In this document: positions 63,350 to 64,000 of the stretch, in pieces
Position numbering within the stretch: position 1 is the stretch's first letter
How the letters are laid out: every line of letters starts with the position of its first letter
Origin: an uncultured Lentisphaerales bacterium
Lineage (GTDB): Bacteria; Verrucomicrobiota; Lentisphaeria; JABSQK01; UBA12247
Reading direction: 5' to 3'
DNA: 64,000 nucleotides
Assembly (NCBI GenBank): GCA_943788985.1
Contig: CALSSJ010000021.1
Coordinates: forward strand, 1 to 64,000
Position numbers and translations under genes: made by a program
Notes under the pieces: generated by a model
Seen by the model: the letters and a program-made list of their open reading frames with translations, nothing else
Databases searched by the model: none
Told to the model about the DNA's origin: nothing

Positions 63350-64000
63350 AGTCCGCGTTTCGTGGCAGATATGGCAGTCAACAGTACACTTGAAGCTGGG
63401 TACTACATCTGCATTGCGGTAGCTGACCCCAGTCATGGAATCGACGCCACCCAACGCAAGCAGCTATTCCCCCCTTGTTCACCACTCGCGATGACTCCCG
63501 CGGCCTTGGTCTCTCGGCCGTGCAGGGCATCCTCGAGGTGCAAGAAGCCGCCGCCCGCGTCGAGATTCAGCCCGGCAAAGGTGCCTGCTTCAAGATCTTT
63601 TCCGTCACAGCAAGCAGCAGGCACCTGCGGTGATTCCGCAGACCGCGACCTCAGATACGCCCTCGAACTGGACCGGACAAGGCACAATTCTAATTATCGA
63701 CGACGACATGGCCGTGCGCAAAGTCACTGGCCTGATGCTTAACCAGAAGGTCTTCAAGATTTTCAACGCCAACAACGGCTTTGCTGGCGTCGAAATTAAC
63801 CGCGACAATCGAGAAGAGATTTCCGGCGTGATTCTAGACCTAGTGATGCCGGAGATGAAGGGTGAACAAGCACTCGATGAAATGCGCAAGATTAACCCCG
63901 ATGTACGCGTGCTTCTATGCAGCGACTAAAACGAGCAGGAAGCGCCAGAATTGAGCCGCCTGCGGCAGGCGATCTCCTTTGTGCAGAAGCCCTTCGAGAT
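63350..64000 (+). pseudogene. Degraded hybrid histidine kinase (HATPase and receiver fragments)
   Basis: YICIAVADPSHGID, GLGLSAVQGI..PGKGACFKI, ILIIDDD, ILDLVMP.MKG, premature TAA at 63927, then FVQKPF. Confidence 0.75.

Overview
Chromosomal segment of a GC-rich PVC-superphylum bacterium, most like Lentisphaerota or Verrucomicrobiota (inferred from sulfatases, autotransporter-repeat passenger, prepilin/H-X9-DG protein, DUF1501/DUF1549/DUF1553 cluster and a UAP1-type pyrophosphorylase). The core content is glpT plus a HAD phosphatase, a complete pstSCAB-phoU-phoBR phosphate regulon with visible Pho-box-like repeats, tRNA-Ser(GGA), tRNA-Gly(CCC), fba, lptF/G, lepB, wecB, lipA, pssA, nfeD, ABC and cation:proton transporters, and glycan-degrading enzymes (sulfatase, GH43-like, GH29). 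Many genes carry single-base frameshifts that are probably assembly errors, and several true gene relics occur. The two most interesting loci are as follows. (1) A 3-kb islet directly after tRNA-Gly encodes a hypothetical protein, a divergent RadC/JAB protein, a HAD phosphatase and a compact, highly divergent reverse transcriptase. The RT's full 329-codon frame (31181-32170) is interrupted only by two in-frame TGA codons and is flanked by structured non-coding DNA. (2) A GxxExxY PD-(D/E)xK nuclease gene is embedded in an array of five 30-bp repeats (3 x 10-mer CACTAA units) in both orientations with conserved linkers, resembling a REP/BIME-type element. All family assignments come from motif recognition by eye, not from database searches.
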